Shown here: piece after piece, positions 50,744 through 59,628 of the stretch
Numbering within the stretch: position 1 is the first letter of the stretch
Layout of the letters: each line of letters begins with the position of its first letter
Virus record (IMG/VR): IMGVR_UViG_3300046171_000231
Span: 124,001-188,000 of that record
DNA: 64,000 nt
Strand: one strand, 5' to 3'
Made by a program: the position numbers and the translations under genes
Notes under the pieces: generated by a model
What the model was told of the DNA's origin: nothing
Databases searched by the model: none
The model's input: the letters and a program-made list of their open reading frames with translations, nothing else

Positions 50744-52209
50744 TAATTTTTCAAAGGTATTTTTACAATGTCATAGTTAAAATTCTCTTCATTATACACT
50801 TTTATTCTCTCAATGAGATGGTTCAGTGTATAATTTCTTCTTGATTTGTAACTAATATCATCGGCAATATCATATAGAGTTGCCTTTGTTTTATTGTTTC
50901 CCTTTCTTAAGACTCTTCCGATTGATTGAAGGTTTCGTATTCGAGATTTAGATGGGGAAGCAAAGATGACATTATGAAGGTTCTTAATGTTGATTCCTGT
51001 TGAGAAGGTTCCGTATGAGGCAATAATGATTGCGTTATTCTCCATCTCTGTAATTGAGCGAACCTCTTCTCGATCTTCTGTTGCAACTCCTCCGTGTACG
51101 AAGAAGACTTGTCGTTGTTCAAGTACATTGCTCTCCTGTATTAAATTATATAGCGGTTCTCCGTGTCCTTCGACCCTTGCAAATAGAATTAATGTATTAC
51201 CTTTAAGATCAAGGGCAAGATTTTTAATAAAATTATTTCTCTTTTGATGTCCAATAATATATTGAATCTCATCCTCAAATGTCTCAAATTTATTTGGTGA
51301 GTGTTTCAATAGAAGCACATTAATATCCAACGTCGCTACATGACCTTTCTTCATAAGCTCGTCTGTCTTAATAATTTTATAAGAAGGACCAAATAAACCT
51401 TCTAATACCCACTTATGGGTCTGTGTTCCATCAAGAGTTCCTGTGAAACCAAAACGATACTTGGCATTATCAAGTTTTGACATTATAGATATTAATGACT
51501 TTGATTTAAACTGATGTGCCTCATCTCCGATTACACATCCAAAACGATTAAAGTACTTACGAGGAAGTTTGTAGATCGATTGCCAAGTTGTAATGATTAC
51601 TTGAGAATCTGTTTCTCTTTCTTTACCTGCATATATCTTGTGACAAAATGAGCCAACTTCCCAACCATAATCCTCGAAATCTTTATACATCTGTTCTACT
51701 AAAGATGTCGTCGGAACTACTATCAGAATACTTAGTTTTCTTTCAACGTAATATCTCACAATCCCGTATATCATCAGCGACTTTCCTGAAGCAGTTGGAG
51801 ATATCAATAACCTACGATTGTATTTTAAAGCGTCGTGTACTCCCTGAATCTGATAATCTCTAGGTTTATATTTACTTACAGCGTTTAAATAATCTTTGAC
51901 ACCCTCTTCACATATACCATCATTTACCTCAAAAGGTAAACCATAGAACTTGCTTGGTTGAAAATCATATGTATATCCGTGGTCTTTACAGAACTGTACG
52001 ATCTTATCTAACAGTCCGACATATATTTGATTGTTCTGAATATTAAATAACCTTATCTTTCCGTCCCAATACTTATTCTTATAAGTTGGCATAAACTTTG
52101 CACCTGGTACTTCAAAGGTGAAATAGTCTGCTAACTCATAATAAACATGCATTTCAGACTCAATCTGAAGATGCACTTCATTCTTTTTTGATATTATCAA
52201 ATGCGACAT
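50743..52209 (-). CDS. uvsW: SF2 RNA-DNA/DNA-DNA helicase UvsW
   Basis: PRDYQ, SPTASGKS, GDEAH, FTGT and QSIGRVLR motifs. Confidence 0.95.
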   Translation of the reverse strand: MSHLIISKKNEVHLQIESEMHVYYELADYFTFEVPGAKFMPTYKNKYWDGKIRLFNIQNNQIYVGLLDKIVQFCKDHGYTYDFQPSKFYGLPFEVNDGICEEGVKDYLNAVSKYKPRDYQIQGVHDALKYNRRLLISPTASGKSLMIYGIVRYYVERKLSILIVVPTTSLVEQMYKDFEDYGWEVGSFCHKIYAGKERETDSQVIITTWQSIYKLPRKYFNRFGCVIGDEAHQFKSKSLISIMSKLDNAKYRFGFTGTLDGTQTHKWVLEGLFGPSYKIIKTDELMKKGHVATLDINVLLLKHSPNKFETFEDEIQYIIGHQKRNNFIKNLALDLKGNTLILFARVEGHGEPLYNLIQESNVLEQRQVFFVHGGVATEDREEVRSITEMENNAIIIASYGTFSTGINIKNLHNVIFASPSKSRIRNLQSIGRVLRKGNNKTKATLYDIADDISYKSRRNYTLNHLIERIKVYNEENFNYDIVKIPLKN

Positions 52210-52250
52210 AACATCGATCAATATCAATTATTTAGTCGTGTTTTATAAAC

Positions 52251-52406
52251 CTATCCTACAATAGTATCAAACCAATCTTGACTCATTCCTGAGATAATTT
52301 TGTCTGCTGAATCATTATCTATTGCATAGTTTTCATCTATGAGATGCTGTTTCACTTTCTCATAGTTCTCGTGAATCTTTTTTGTTTCTTTTGGTGTTGG
52401 TTTCAT
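52251..52406 (-). CDS. Small hypothetical protein (51 aa)
   Basis: MKPTPKETKKIHENYEKVKQHLIDENYAIDNDSADKIISGMSQDWFDTIVG*. Confidence 0.6.
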   Translation of the reverse strand: MKPTPKETKKIHENYEKVKQHLIDENYAIDNDSADKIISGMSQDWFDTIVG

Positions 52407-52466
52407 AGTAATCTCTTTCGTCCTGAATATTCTATATTCTAAATAAATTAGTTTTGCTTTAAATTC

Positions 52467-53267
52467 ATGACAAAGTTAATTGAACCTAAAAAATATACGA
52501 AGACACTTGACCTTTTGAGGTCATTTTTTTTGTCTAGAGGTTTTTTAGAAGTCCATACCCAAAACCGTCTAAGTATTCTCGCTGCTTGTGAAGATCCAGA
52601 AACAGTAGCAACATATGAATATAATGGTGAAGTGTGGCCGTTACCACAAACGGGACAAATGTGGTTGGAGTATGAGTTACTTAAAAATCCTGATGTGCCT
52701 GGTTTCTTTTGTTTATCGACTTCATATCGACAAGAACCAAATCCAGTTGCTGGTAGACACGAAGTAATCTTTCCCATGTTTGAGTTTGAAATGCATGGTG
52801 GTGTTGATGCACTCGAAGAGATGGAGAAAGATTTAGTTGCACATTTAGGAATTGATCTTAATCATTCTCAGATAAAAAGTTATAAACTATGGCAGAAAAT
52901 ATTTGGTCATGAAGAATTAGATCACGCTGATGAATCTCTCATACAAACAGGTATGATTACAGATTTTCCTGAGTGGACTTCACCTTTCTGGAATATGGCA
53001 AGAAATGAGGATGATACTAGTAAAAAGATTGATGTAATCTTAAATGGTATGGAAACAATTGGTAGTGCAGAACGCAGTACTGACAAAAAACAAATGCGTG
53101 ATACCTTTCATACAATATCTGATGGACAGTATGCTGACCTTCTTTTCAAATTATTTGGTAAGGAAAGAGTTGAGAAAGAATTAGAAGAGTTCTTAGAGTT
53201 CGATTTCTTCCCCAGAAGTGGTGGAGGTATTGGTGTTACTCGTATAATGGATGCGATTCCTGATTAA
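52467..53267 (+). CDS. Stand-alone class II aminoacyl-tRNA synthetase catalytic domain (AsnRS/asparagine synthetase A-like)
   Basis: Motif 1 RSFFLSRGFLEVHT, QTGQMWLE, motif 2 YRQE...RH...FPMFEFE and motif 3 SGGGIGVTR; no anticodon-binding domain. Confidence 0.8.
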   Translation: MTKLIEPKKYTKTLDLLRSFFLSRGFLEVHTQNRLSILAACEDPETVATYEYNGEVWPLPQTGQMWLEYELLKNPDVPGFFCLSTSYRQEPNPVAGRHEVIFPMFEFEMHGGVDALEEMEKDLVAHLGIDLNHSQIKSYKLWQKIFGHEELDHADESLIQTGMITDFPEWTSPFWNMARNEDDTSKKIDVILNGMETIGSAERSTDKKQMRDTFHTISDGQYADLLFKLFGKERVEKELEEFLEFDFFPRSGGGIGVTRIMDAIPD

Positions 53268-53695
53268 TTATATCCTGATTGAAACTTATTCCATTCAATT
53301 GCATTTTTAATTTGATATGTTCGATTAGATACTGCTCTTATAACTTCTTCTAAAAATTTAAGCATAATATCATAGTATTTAATTTTCATATCAACTTTAT
53401 TCATTCTATCGTCTGCTTCAAGATGTCTTTGGATAGCATCTTTTTCACGAACCTTATATGGAAATGGTTCTTCGATATATGCTTCTGCTGGTGCCTTACC
53501 TGTGTAATAATTATATCTTTCTAATCTAACTTTACTATATTGTGTTCTTGCCTTCTCTCTCATTAAAGTAATTGTATTATAAAGTGTATAATACTTTGAG
53601 TGAAGTTGAGGTATTTTTAAAGATTCATCATGTAAATTATCAGGATCGATATGAGAATCTTTTTCCCACATCTCCTGTATTTGTTCAAGATTCAT
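53264..53695 (-). CDS. uvsY: Recombination mediator UvsY
   Basis: WEKDSHID...ESLKIPQLHSKY...RTYQIKNAIEW. Confidence 0.88.
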   Translation of the reverse strand: MNLEQIQEMWEKDSHIDPDNLHDESLKIPQLHSKYYTLYNTITLMREKARTQYSKVRLERYNYYTGKAPAEAYIEEPFPYKVREKDAIQRHLEADDRMNKVDMKIKYYDIMLKFLEEVIRAVSNRTYQIKNAIEWNKFQSGYN

Positions 53696-54231
53696 GTAGT
53701 GCTACTTACTAAATCGTATATTGTATATTTGAATGTTGCCTCTGCTGTAAAAAATTGTACGTCAGTATTTGTTGCATCAAATTCTAAAGAAGTTAAAGAT
53801 ATTGGAAATAAATCATTAAATTTAACTTTTGCAACTTCTCTATAATTACTATTCAGTATTCTTAGAGTGCCATCACAAAATGCTTCTTTGGGATCTCTTT
53901 GTCCATCAGGGTCTGTAATTATTTCTTTAAATTGTTTTCCAGACTCTGGAAATCCTAATCCTTTTAACCAACCATATACAGAAAGATAATTTTCCATATT
54001 TTCATCAACTAAAAAACGAAGAGTAAAATCTCCAAAAGTTAGTCTTTCACCAGGCACATCAATATTTTTTAAGTATGATGCTTGAGTAGTAAGTTCGAGG
54101 CTTAACTCTGGTATTCTAGCAGAATTTGAGAAAAAGTCAACCTTCGGAAACTTAGTCAAATTAAATTTAAATCCTACTCCCGAAAGAAAATTTCTATTAT
54201 CTATTTGCTTTACAAATGCCGAATTAGTCAT
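53692..54231 (-). CDS. gp3: Tail completion/sheath stabilizer (T4 gp3)
   Basis: NRNFLS..GFKF...PGERLTFGDFTLRFLVDENMENY...F..LFPISL. Confidence 0.85.
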   Translation of the reverse strand: MTNSAFVKQIDNRNFLSGVGFKFNLTKFPKVDFFSNSARIPELSLELTTQASYLKNIDVPGERLTFGDFTLRFLVDENMENYLSVYGWLKGLGFPESGKQFKEIITDPDGQRDPKEAFCDGTLRILNSNYREVAKVKFNDLFPISLTSLEFDATNTDVQFFTAEATFKYTIYDLVSSTT

Positions 54232-54249
54232 TATCTTTTTGATTATTTA

Positions 54250-54687
54250 TTATCTTTGAGTGAAATCAATCCCTTCCAAGTGGTCATATTCGTGTTGAAA
54301 GACTCTTGCTGCAAAACCATCTAGTTTTATTTTATGCTCTTTTTTATCCTCGTCCTCATATTTTACAATGATTCGATTTGGTCTATTGACATTTATAATC
54401 TCATCAGGATAGGATAAACATCCTTCTTCAAACCAACCACAATCTTTATATCTTTTGATAATACGAGGATTAAAACAAGTGATTATTTCCTCTGTTTCCA
54501 TATGTATTATCATCACAAATACTCTTTCACTAATACCAATTTGATTTGCAGACAGACCGACCCCCTCGTAATGAATCATATTCTCTTTCAGAATTCGAGA
54601 AATTTCACGACGATCTAAATCCTCACTACACGGTTTCATTTTTTCGTGTAGTATTGGGTGTGTGTTAGGTGTTAGTTGTAGTATCAT
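54250..54687 (-). CDS. def: Peptide deformylase, C-terminally truncated type
   Basis: GVGLSANQ, EGCLS and QHEYDHLEG motifs. Confidence 0.93.
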   Translation of the reverse strand: MILQLTPNTHPILHEKMKPCSEDLDRREISRILKENMIHYEGVGLSANQIGISERVFVMIIHMETEEIITCFNPRIIKRYKDCGWFEEGCLSYPDEIINVNRPNRIIVKYEDEDKKEHKIKLDGFAARVFQHEYDHLEGIDFTQR

Positions 54688-54856
54688 CTTTCCTTGGATT
54701 ATTTAGAAACCAAGAAGGAGACTCCATAATAACATCTATATAAACCGTTTTTGCATAGTGAATCCCACGGTAACACAGAAAAGCAAAGACCTCATCTATA
54801 TCGTGCTTATCTTCGTCCCATTCTGGTTCTTGTCCTCTACCTAATAAGTGTAACAT
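54665..54856 (-). CDS. Small hypothetical protein
   Basis: 63-aa ORF with GGAGG upstream and a CTAAATA late-type element. Confidence 0.55.
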   Translation of the reverse strand: MLHLLGRGQEPEWDEDKHDIDEVFAFLCYRGIHYAKTVYIDVIMESPSWFLNNPRKDDTTTNT

Positions 54857-54901
54857 TTGTCTTAGCCTCCCGTAACATTATTTAGGTTTCCAAACATTGA
54901 C

Positions 54902-54930
54902 AAAAAAAGAGACCCCCGAAGGAGTCTCTG
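54902..54930 (-). terminator. Intrinsic terminator with UUCG loop
   Basis: GAGACTCC-TTCG-GGGGTCTC-T7. Confidence 0.85.
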
Positions 54931-54944
54931 ATATCTCGAACGAG

Positions 54945-56081
54945 TTATTTATCTTCTGGAAAAACTACTCTTATAGCATCAGTTTCTCCTTCAATTTGAG
55001 GAACCCAATAAAGTTCTAATGGAAGTTTGTTAAGTTCAATTTTTGGAAGTCCAACCTTCCAAAGAGGATTCGTATTAATCAGTTTGTTTGCGTAAGAAAT
55101 ATACCAATTAATTGTGTTGTTAAGAATATCTTGAATTGTATCAATCATTTCTTGCCTCTCTGCTTCAATCTGATGTTCGCATATAGATTTACTTGAAGCA
55201 CATACTCGAACTGTTTCACCTTTTGTCCACGCTGCCCAAGTCCACTTTAGAACATCATTAGCATAACGATAATAAAATCCTTCATCAAGTATTTTGTGAT
55301 AACACATAAGACCATCTAAATCTGATACTTTATTTTTGTTAAAACGTGGATTTGATAATATCCATTCTTTTATTTCTTCTGGAGTTGTGTTAAAAACTCT
55401 TGATGACTTTTGTTTAGTATCTAGAATTTTGTTAATTATTCCTCCAATAGTTCCTTTGTGACCTTTCTTTGGAAAACGAAGGTAAGCACCCGATACTTCA
55501 AGTAATAATTTGATATTACTTTTAGTTAGTGGAATATTATCATCTATCATGCATTTCTGTATCTGATAAAAATCTGCTACCTTTGCATTTTCAGAATGAT
55601 CAGTTGCATTTGCTCTCATACCCATTAAGGTCATTGCTGTTGCATCTGATAATCTATCAAGAATAGCATTACCTGTTAACTTGCGTTCATATTTTGCAAT
55701 AGGAGCATGCCTCCATCCATTTTCGTTAAGTGCTCTCACAAGATGACGATGATCAAAATACCATTCTCCATCTGTGTTTATAAAAACACTAACTGGCCAA
55801 CCAAAAAATAACCATAAAAAGTTCATAGTTGATGCAACTAATGATTCAAATTTTTCTTGAATCAGTTCACTTTTACGTGGTGTGTTTTTTGAAGGAGGTG
55901 CTTTTAAGTCCGCTACAGGTCTTGATTCAAACCCCTTAAACGAAAAAAGAGGGTAATCAGGTCCATCTGATTCTCCTACTCCGAGTTGATCAATAGGAAA
56001 ATCTTCCCTATTTTGATCTATTTTTACTGTTTTGTACATATTCTTATTGATATGAATTTGGATTGAACATTGACTCACCAA
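54945..56081 (-). CDS. Hypothetical protein, possible ParB/Srx-like N-terminal domain
   Basis: NTPRK...FESLVAS...GWPVSV...WYFDHRHLVRAL resembles ParB box elements; likely start MYKTV at ~56039. Confidence 0.5.
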   Translation of the reverse strand: MVSQCSIQIHINKNMYKTVKIDQNREDFPIDQLGVGESDGPDYPLFSFKGFESRPVADLKAPPSKNTPRKSELIQEKFESLVASTMNFLWLFFGWPVSVFINTDGEWYFDHRHLVRALNENGWRHAPIAKYERKLTGNAILDRLSDATAMTLMGMRANATDHSENAKVADFYQIQKCMIDDNIPLTKSNIKLLLEVSGAYLRFPKKGHKGTIGGIINKILDTKQKSSRVFNTTPEEIKEWILSNPRFNKNKVSDLDGLMCYHKILDEGFYYRYANDVLKWTWAAWTKGETVRVCASSKSICEHQIEAERQEMIDTIQDILNNTINWYISYANKLINTNPLWKVGLPKIELNKLPLELYWVPQIEGETDAIRVVFPEDK

Positions 56082-56092
56082 CGCTCCCCCAA

Positions 56093-56139
56093 ATTATAAC
56101 ACAAAGGCAATAAAAAAGCAACCCCGAAGGATTGCTTTG
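56093..56139 (-). terminator. gp23 terminator (UUCG loop) with overlapping sigma70 promoter
   Basis: AAGCAATCC-TTCG-GGGTTGCTT-T run; TTGCTT-17 nt-TATAAT with TG extension. Confidence 0.8.
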
Positions 56140-56161
56140 TTTTAAAATTGTAATATTTAAA

Positions 56162-57556
56162 TTACATAAGGTTGGAAACCTTAACTCTTCTGTAGTAACG
56201 GTTTGTGTTACGTGTAAGTGTTCCAAGTCCTTGAGTTGTTCCTTGTGAGAATGGGTTCTCAACCATACCATATCTGGTCTTGAATCCAATTTTTGGTTGG
56301 AATGTATCCTGACCAACCGCACGAACCATCTGTAATGGTACATATGGGCAGTAGAATAATCCAGCGTCATAAGGAGATGAACCTTTGTATCCGATAACAT
56401 AGTACTGAGTAGCAGCAACGTTAGCAGCAAATGGGTCAATGTACACTCTGTACTTACCTTGTAATACACCAGCAAATGTATTGCCTGTGTCATCTACATT
56501 AAGGTTAGCGTTAAGAGCAGGAGTGTAGTCTAATACACCAGCCATTGTCAATGCAGAAGCAACGTCAGCAGAACAAAGGATCATGTTACCCTTTCCTCTA
56601 CGAGTCTCTTGTGCGATTGCGTTAGCATCTCTTTCCATCTGGAATATGAGACCTTTGAACTTCTCAACTGACCATCTTCCGTTGGAGTCTGTGTCTAAGT
56701 CGAATGTTCCACCAGAAGCAACGTTTGCTTGAGCACCAGGCTTCGCTACGTTGTAAATTGTTCTGATAACTTCTCTGTTGATTTCAGCAAGTATCTCTGT
56801 TGAAAGGATATTTGCTAACTCAGCCTCTGCGTTCAATCCGTGGATTGCCTTAAGGTCTTGAGCAAGTTCTAAACTGTACTCTGCCTTTAGTGCTCTGGAC
56901 TTCGCTGTAACGGTCACTTTCTCGATTGAGAATGCCATTTCGTTGAAGTTATCACCAGTTGTACCTAGATCTTCAGAATCTCCAGTTGTCATACCCTGAC
57001 CTACGTTGTAGTCAGTAGCATTTGCTTGAGATGCAGTTCCACCAAGTAATCCTGGATTTGTACCACTTTGAGCAGTTGTACCTAAACCAACGTTAGATGC
57101 ACCAGTAGCAGTGAAACCTGCTGTGTTGTCAAATCCTTCATTCTGACCAGAGAATGCTGAATCTGCTTCGTTGAATAGTGCTTCTGAACCAGACTGAGTT
57201 TTGAATCTGGATCTCATTGCAAAGATTAGTCCAGTTGGACCATTCATTGGTTGTACACCAGCCAAATCGTATGCCACCAAGTTAGGCATTGAACGACGAA
57301 TTAGACTGATAAGTACTGGGTCGAAACCAGCAACAGGACCTGCAGCAGTTGCACCAGCGGTGAATCCACCTGTGCCAGCAGCGTTTGTTGGTTGTTCTGC
57401 AAGGAATGATGCTTCCTCACGTAATTCTTTTTCTTGGTTTTCTAACAGGATAGCGGTTGTAGCTCTTCTATGAGCGTCTTTGATTGGATCAACTCCATCA
57501 TAGTCGAGAATAGGTCCCCACTTTTCCTGCAAATGTTCTGTGTTATACATTTGCAT
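56162..57556 (-). CDS. gp23: Major capsid protein (T4 gp23)
   Basis: EKWGPILD, LIRRSMP, VQPMNGPTGL, KSRALKAEYS and YCPYVPL. Confidence 0.98.
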   Translation of the reverse strand: MQMYNTEHLQEKWGPILDYDGVDPIKDAHRRATTAILLENQEKELREEASFLAEQPTNAAGTGGFTAGATAAGPVAGFDPVLISLIRRSMPNLVAYDLAGVQPMNGPTGLIFAMRSRFKTQSGSEALFNEADSAFSGQNEGFDNTAGFTATGASNVGLGTTAQSGTNPGLLGGTASQANATDYNVGQGMTTGDSEDLGTTGDNFNEMAFSIEKVTVTAKSRALKAEYSLELAQDLKAIHGLNAEAELANILSTEILAEINREVIRTIYNVAKPGAQANVASGGTFDLDTDSNGRWSVEKFKGLIFQMERDANAIAQETRRGKGNMILCSADVASALTMAGVLDYTPALNANLNVDDTGNTFAGVLQGKYRVYIDPFAANVAATQYYVIGYKGSSPYDAGLFYCPYVPLQMVRAVGQDTFQPKIGFKTRYGMVENPFSQGTTQGLGTLTRNTNRYYRRVKVSNLM

Positions 57557-57602
57557 TTTGATTTTTACCTCTTACGGTTTGTTGTTTGAATAAATGTTAA
57601 AT

Positions 57603-58682
57603 TCACTTTTTGGCAGCTCTGGATAGAACGTTCAAATAGGCTTGCATTCTAGGAGTAGTCTCTTCCGAGATTACTTCATCTGTTGAAACCTCTTCTGATA
57701 AGTTCTCAGAGGTGCTCTTTGGAGCACTAGTTTTTGATGGGAAATAAGATTCCTTCAATGTAACTAGTTTCTCACGATAGTCTGTCTCACTTTCAAACTC
57801 AACATTTTCGGCAAGAGTAGCGAGTTTTTCCTTCTGAGTGTCTGCAAGACCTTCAGCTACAGCAGTGAAAACACCGTCTGCATTGGATTCTGCCAATCTA
57901 CGATTTAGAGCAACGTTACGATCTATTTGCTCATTGAGTTTTGATTCCATTTCATCAAGTTTGTCTACCATGCTATTGAGTACATCGTATTTTTCTTCAG
58001 GGATTGTTACATAATGTTCTTCAAAAAGTGACTTCATACCTTCCAAGAAGGATTCTGTCATCTCTGTTTTAAGTCCTGCTTCTACTTGGAGTGCATTTTC
58101 TTGCATCCACTCGTCAGCGACATACTCAAGGTATCCATCAACTCTTTCAGTTAATCCTGCCTTGATTGTGTCTAACTCTTCAACGAGAGCAGTAGCATAA
58201 GACTCTTGTAATTCTTCTTTGATTTCTGCAACTTTAGTTTTGATTGCAGCTTCAAAAATTGTCTTTGCTTTGTTTTGGAACTCTTCGGAAAGTTCTTCAC
58301 CTTCAAGAAGTGCTGCAACGTCTGCTTCGACATCATAACTTTCTTCTTCTTCGATGACTTCTTCCTCAGAAGTTTCTTCTTCAGCGACTACTTCATCTGT
58401 AGTTGCTTCTTCTTCAGCGACTACTTCATCTGTAGTTGCTTCTTCTTCCTCGATAACTTCCTCCTCTGTTTCTGCCTCTTCTGCTTTCATAGCTTTGGCA
58501 TTAACAACATCTTTCACTTGTGCAAGTGTAAGTGCAGGATCTTTCAGCTTTGCTGAATCGTCATCAGGTTTATAGTTTTCTGGTGTAGGTCCACCTAGAT
58601 CTTCTACTGGAATGCCTGATGAAGGCATTGGATCTGCAGGTTTTGCACCTTTGGTGACTACGTTTTCTTCGATGTTTTCCAT
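57603..58682 (-). CDS. gp22: Prohead core scaffold protein (T4 gp22)
   Basis: Acidic; LSEEF..KAKTIFEAA, YLEYVADEW and YREKL..LKESYF. Confidence 0.92.
   Translation of the reverse strand: MENIEENVVTKGAKPADPMPSSGIPVEDLGGPTPENYKPDDDSAKLKDPALTLAQVKDVVNAKAMKAEEAETEEEVIEEEEATTDEVVAEEEATTDEVVAEEETSEEEVIEEEESYDVEADVAALLEGEELSEEFQNKAKTIFEAAIKTKVAEIKEELQESYATALVEELDTIKAGLTERVDGYLEYVADEWMQENALQVEAGLKTEMTESFLEGMKSLFEEHYVTIPEEKYDVLNSMVDKLDEMESKLNEQIDRNVALNRRLAESNADGVFTAVAEGLADTQKEKLATLAENVEFESETDYREKLVTLKESYFPSKTSAPKSTSENLSEEVSTDEVISEETTPRMQAYLNVLSRAAKK
58375..58448. repeat. 33-bp exact tandem duplication in gp22 (EEEATTDEVVA x2)
   Basis: tcttcttcagcgactacttcatctgtagttgct repeated twice plus a partial copy. 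Confidence 0.9.
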
Positions 58683-58753
58683 TTAGTGTAAAAAGTTACC
58701 GTGGATTTATTGAAATTCGTAAGAATCTATACTTATTTATAGCTTTCTTAAAT

Positions 58754-59404
58754 TTAGAGATTATTTAGAAAATCTTGAAACAGACTAAGTTTCTTTTCTT
58801 CTAATCTATTTTGTGTGACAAGTGTGTTAATACGCTTCTCAGTTTTTGCTGCGAGTTCTTCACGAAGACTTCCACCTTCCCAAACCCACTCTCTTCCTTC
58901 CATTATTCCATTCACAAAAGCGTCTGGTGCGGAAGGGTCTGCTACTATATCAGCAGCGGTTGCTAATTGAAAATCTTCTCCAACCATTTTACAACCATTA
59001 CTACTTTCTCTTAGTGATCCGATACCACGAGAAGACACTCCAAGTTTTACTCCTTCATCTAAAAGAGAAGATGCAATTTTACCCATTGGAGTAGATAGTA
59101 AAGTCGCTTTTCCTCTAAAATTATTTCCCTCTCTTACGAGCGAGGTAATTTTGTGGGATACACGATCTAAGTTAACTGTTGGACCTTCAGGATGACCAAG
59201 TTCACCAAGTGCTCTGCCTTGAGAGACAAAAGTTTTGTTGTATCTTCTGACTTCATTTTCAAGAATATCAACAGGATACATTCTACCATTACGATTTTTG
59301 ATACCACCTTGAAGAAACACACCCTCGATACAGAGACGTTTTGATTTCCCTTTACCTTCGGTGATAAATTTTACTTGTGAGACTTCTTCTGTGATAAGTT
59401 TCAT
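58754..59404 (-). CDS. gp21: Prohead protease (T4 gp21)
   Basis: NRNGRMYP, GELGHP, GVSSRG and DIVADPS. Confidence 0.95.
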   Translation of the reverse strand: MKLITEEVSQVKFITEGKGKSKRLCIEGVFLQGGIKNRNGRMYPVDILENEVRRYNKTFVSQGRALGELGHPEGPTVNLDRVSHKITSLVREGNNFRGKATLLSTPMGKIASSLLDEGVKLGVSSRGIGSLRESSNGCKMVGEDFQLATAADIVADPSAPDAFVNGIMEGREWVWEGGSLREELAAKTEKRINTLVTQNRLEEKKLSLFQDFLNNL

Positions 59405-59601
59405 TATTCTGATTCCTCTTCAGTTGGTTGTTCATCTGACACTTCTTCTTCCTCTGGTACTTCATCAAATATAGTTGAAGCAACATCAGGTCTAAAAGCA
59501 TCAATACGAGCAGCTGCTTTTGCCATTAATGTATCTTTTATTTTATTAGATACATCACTAGCACTAGCGTCAGTCGCAATCAAATCCACTAATTCTTCCA
59601 T
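59404..59601 (-). CDS. Small acidic prohead core protein (gp67/gp68-position)
   Basis: Acidic 65-aa ORF between gp20 and gp21; TATAAATA at 59626-59633. Confidence 0.6.
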   Translation of the reverse strand: MEELVDLIATDASASDVSNKIKDTLMAKAAARIDAFRPDVASTIFDEVPEEEEVSDEQPTEEESE

Positions 59602-59628
59602 AAGATTAAATTATAGCAATATGTTTAT

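Noticed and set aside
52448-52777. 109-aa minus-strand ORF with several Cys
   Set aside because: Antisense to the aaRS-like gene, which carries clear class II motifs
58375-58448. Possible CRISPR-like or mobile repeat
   Set aside because: In-frame 33-bp tandem duplication in the acidic linker of gp22 with no spacers
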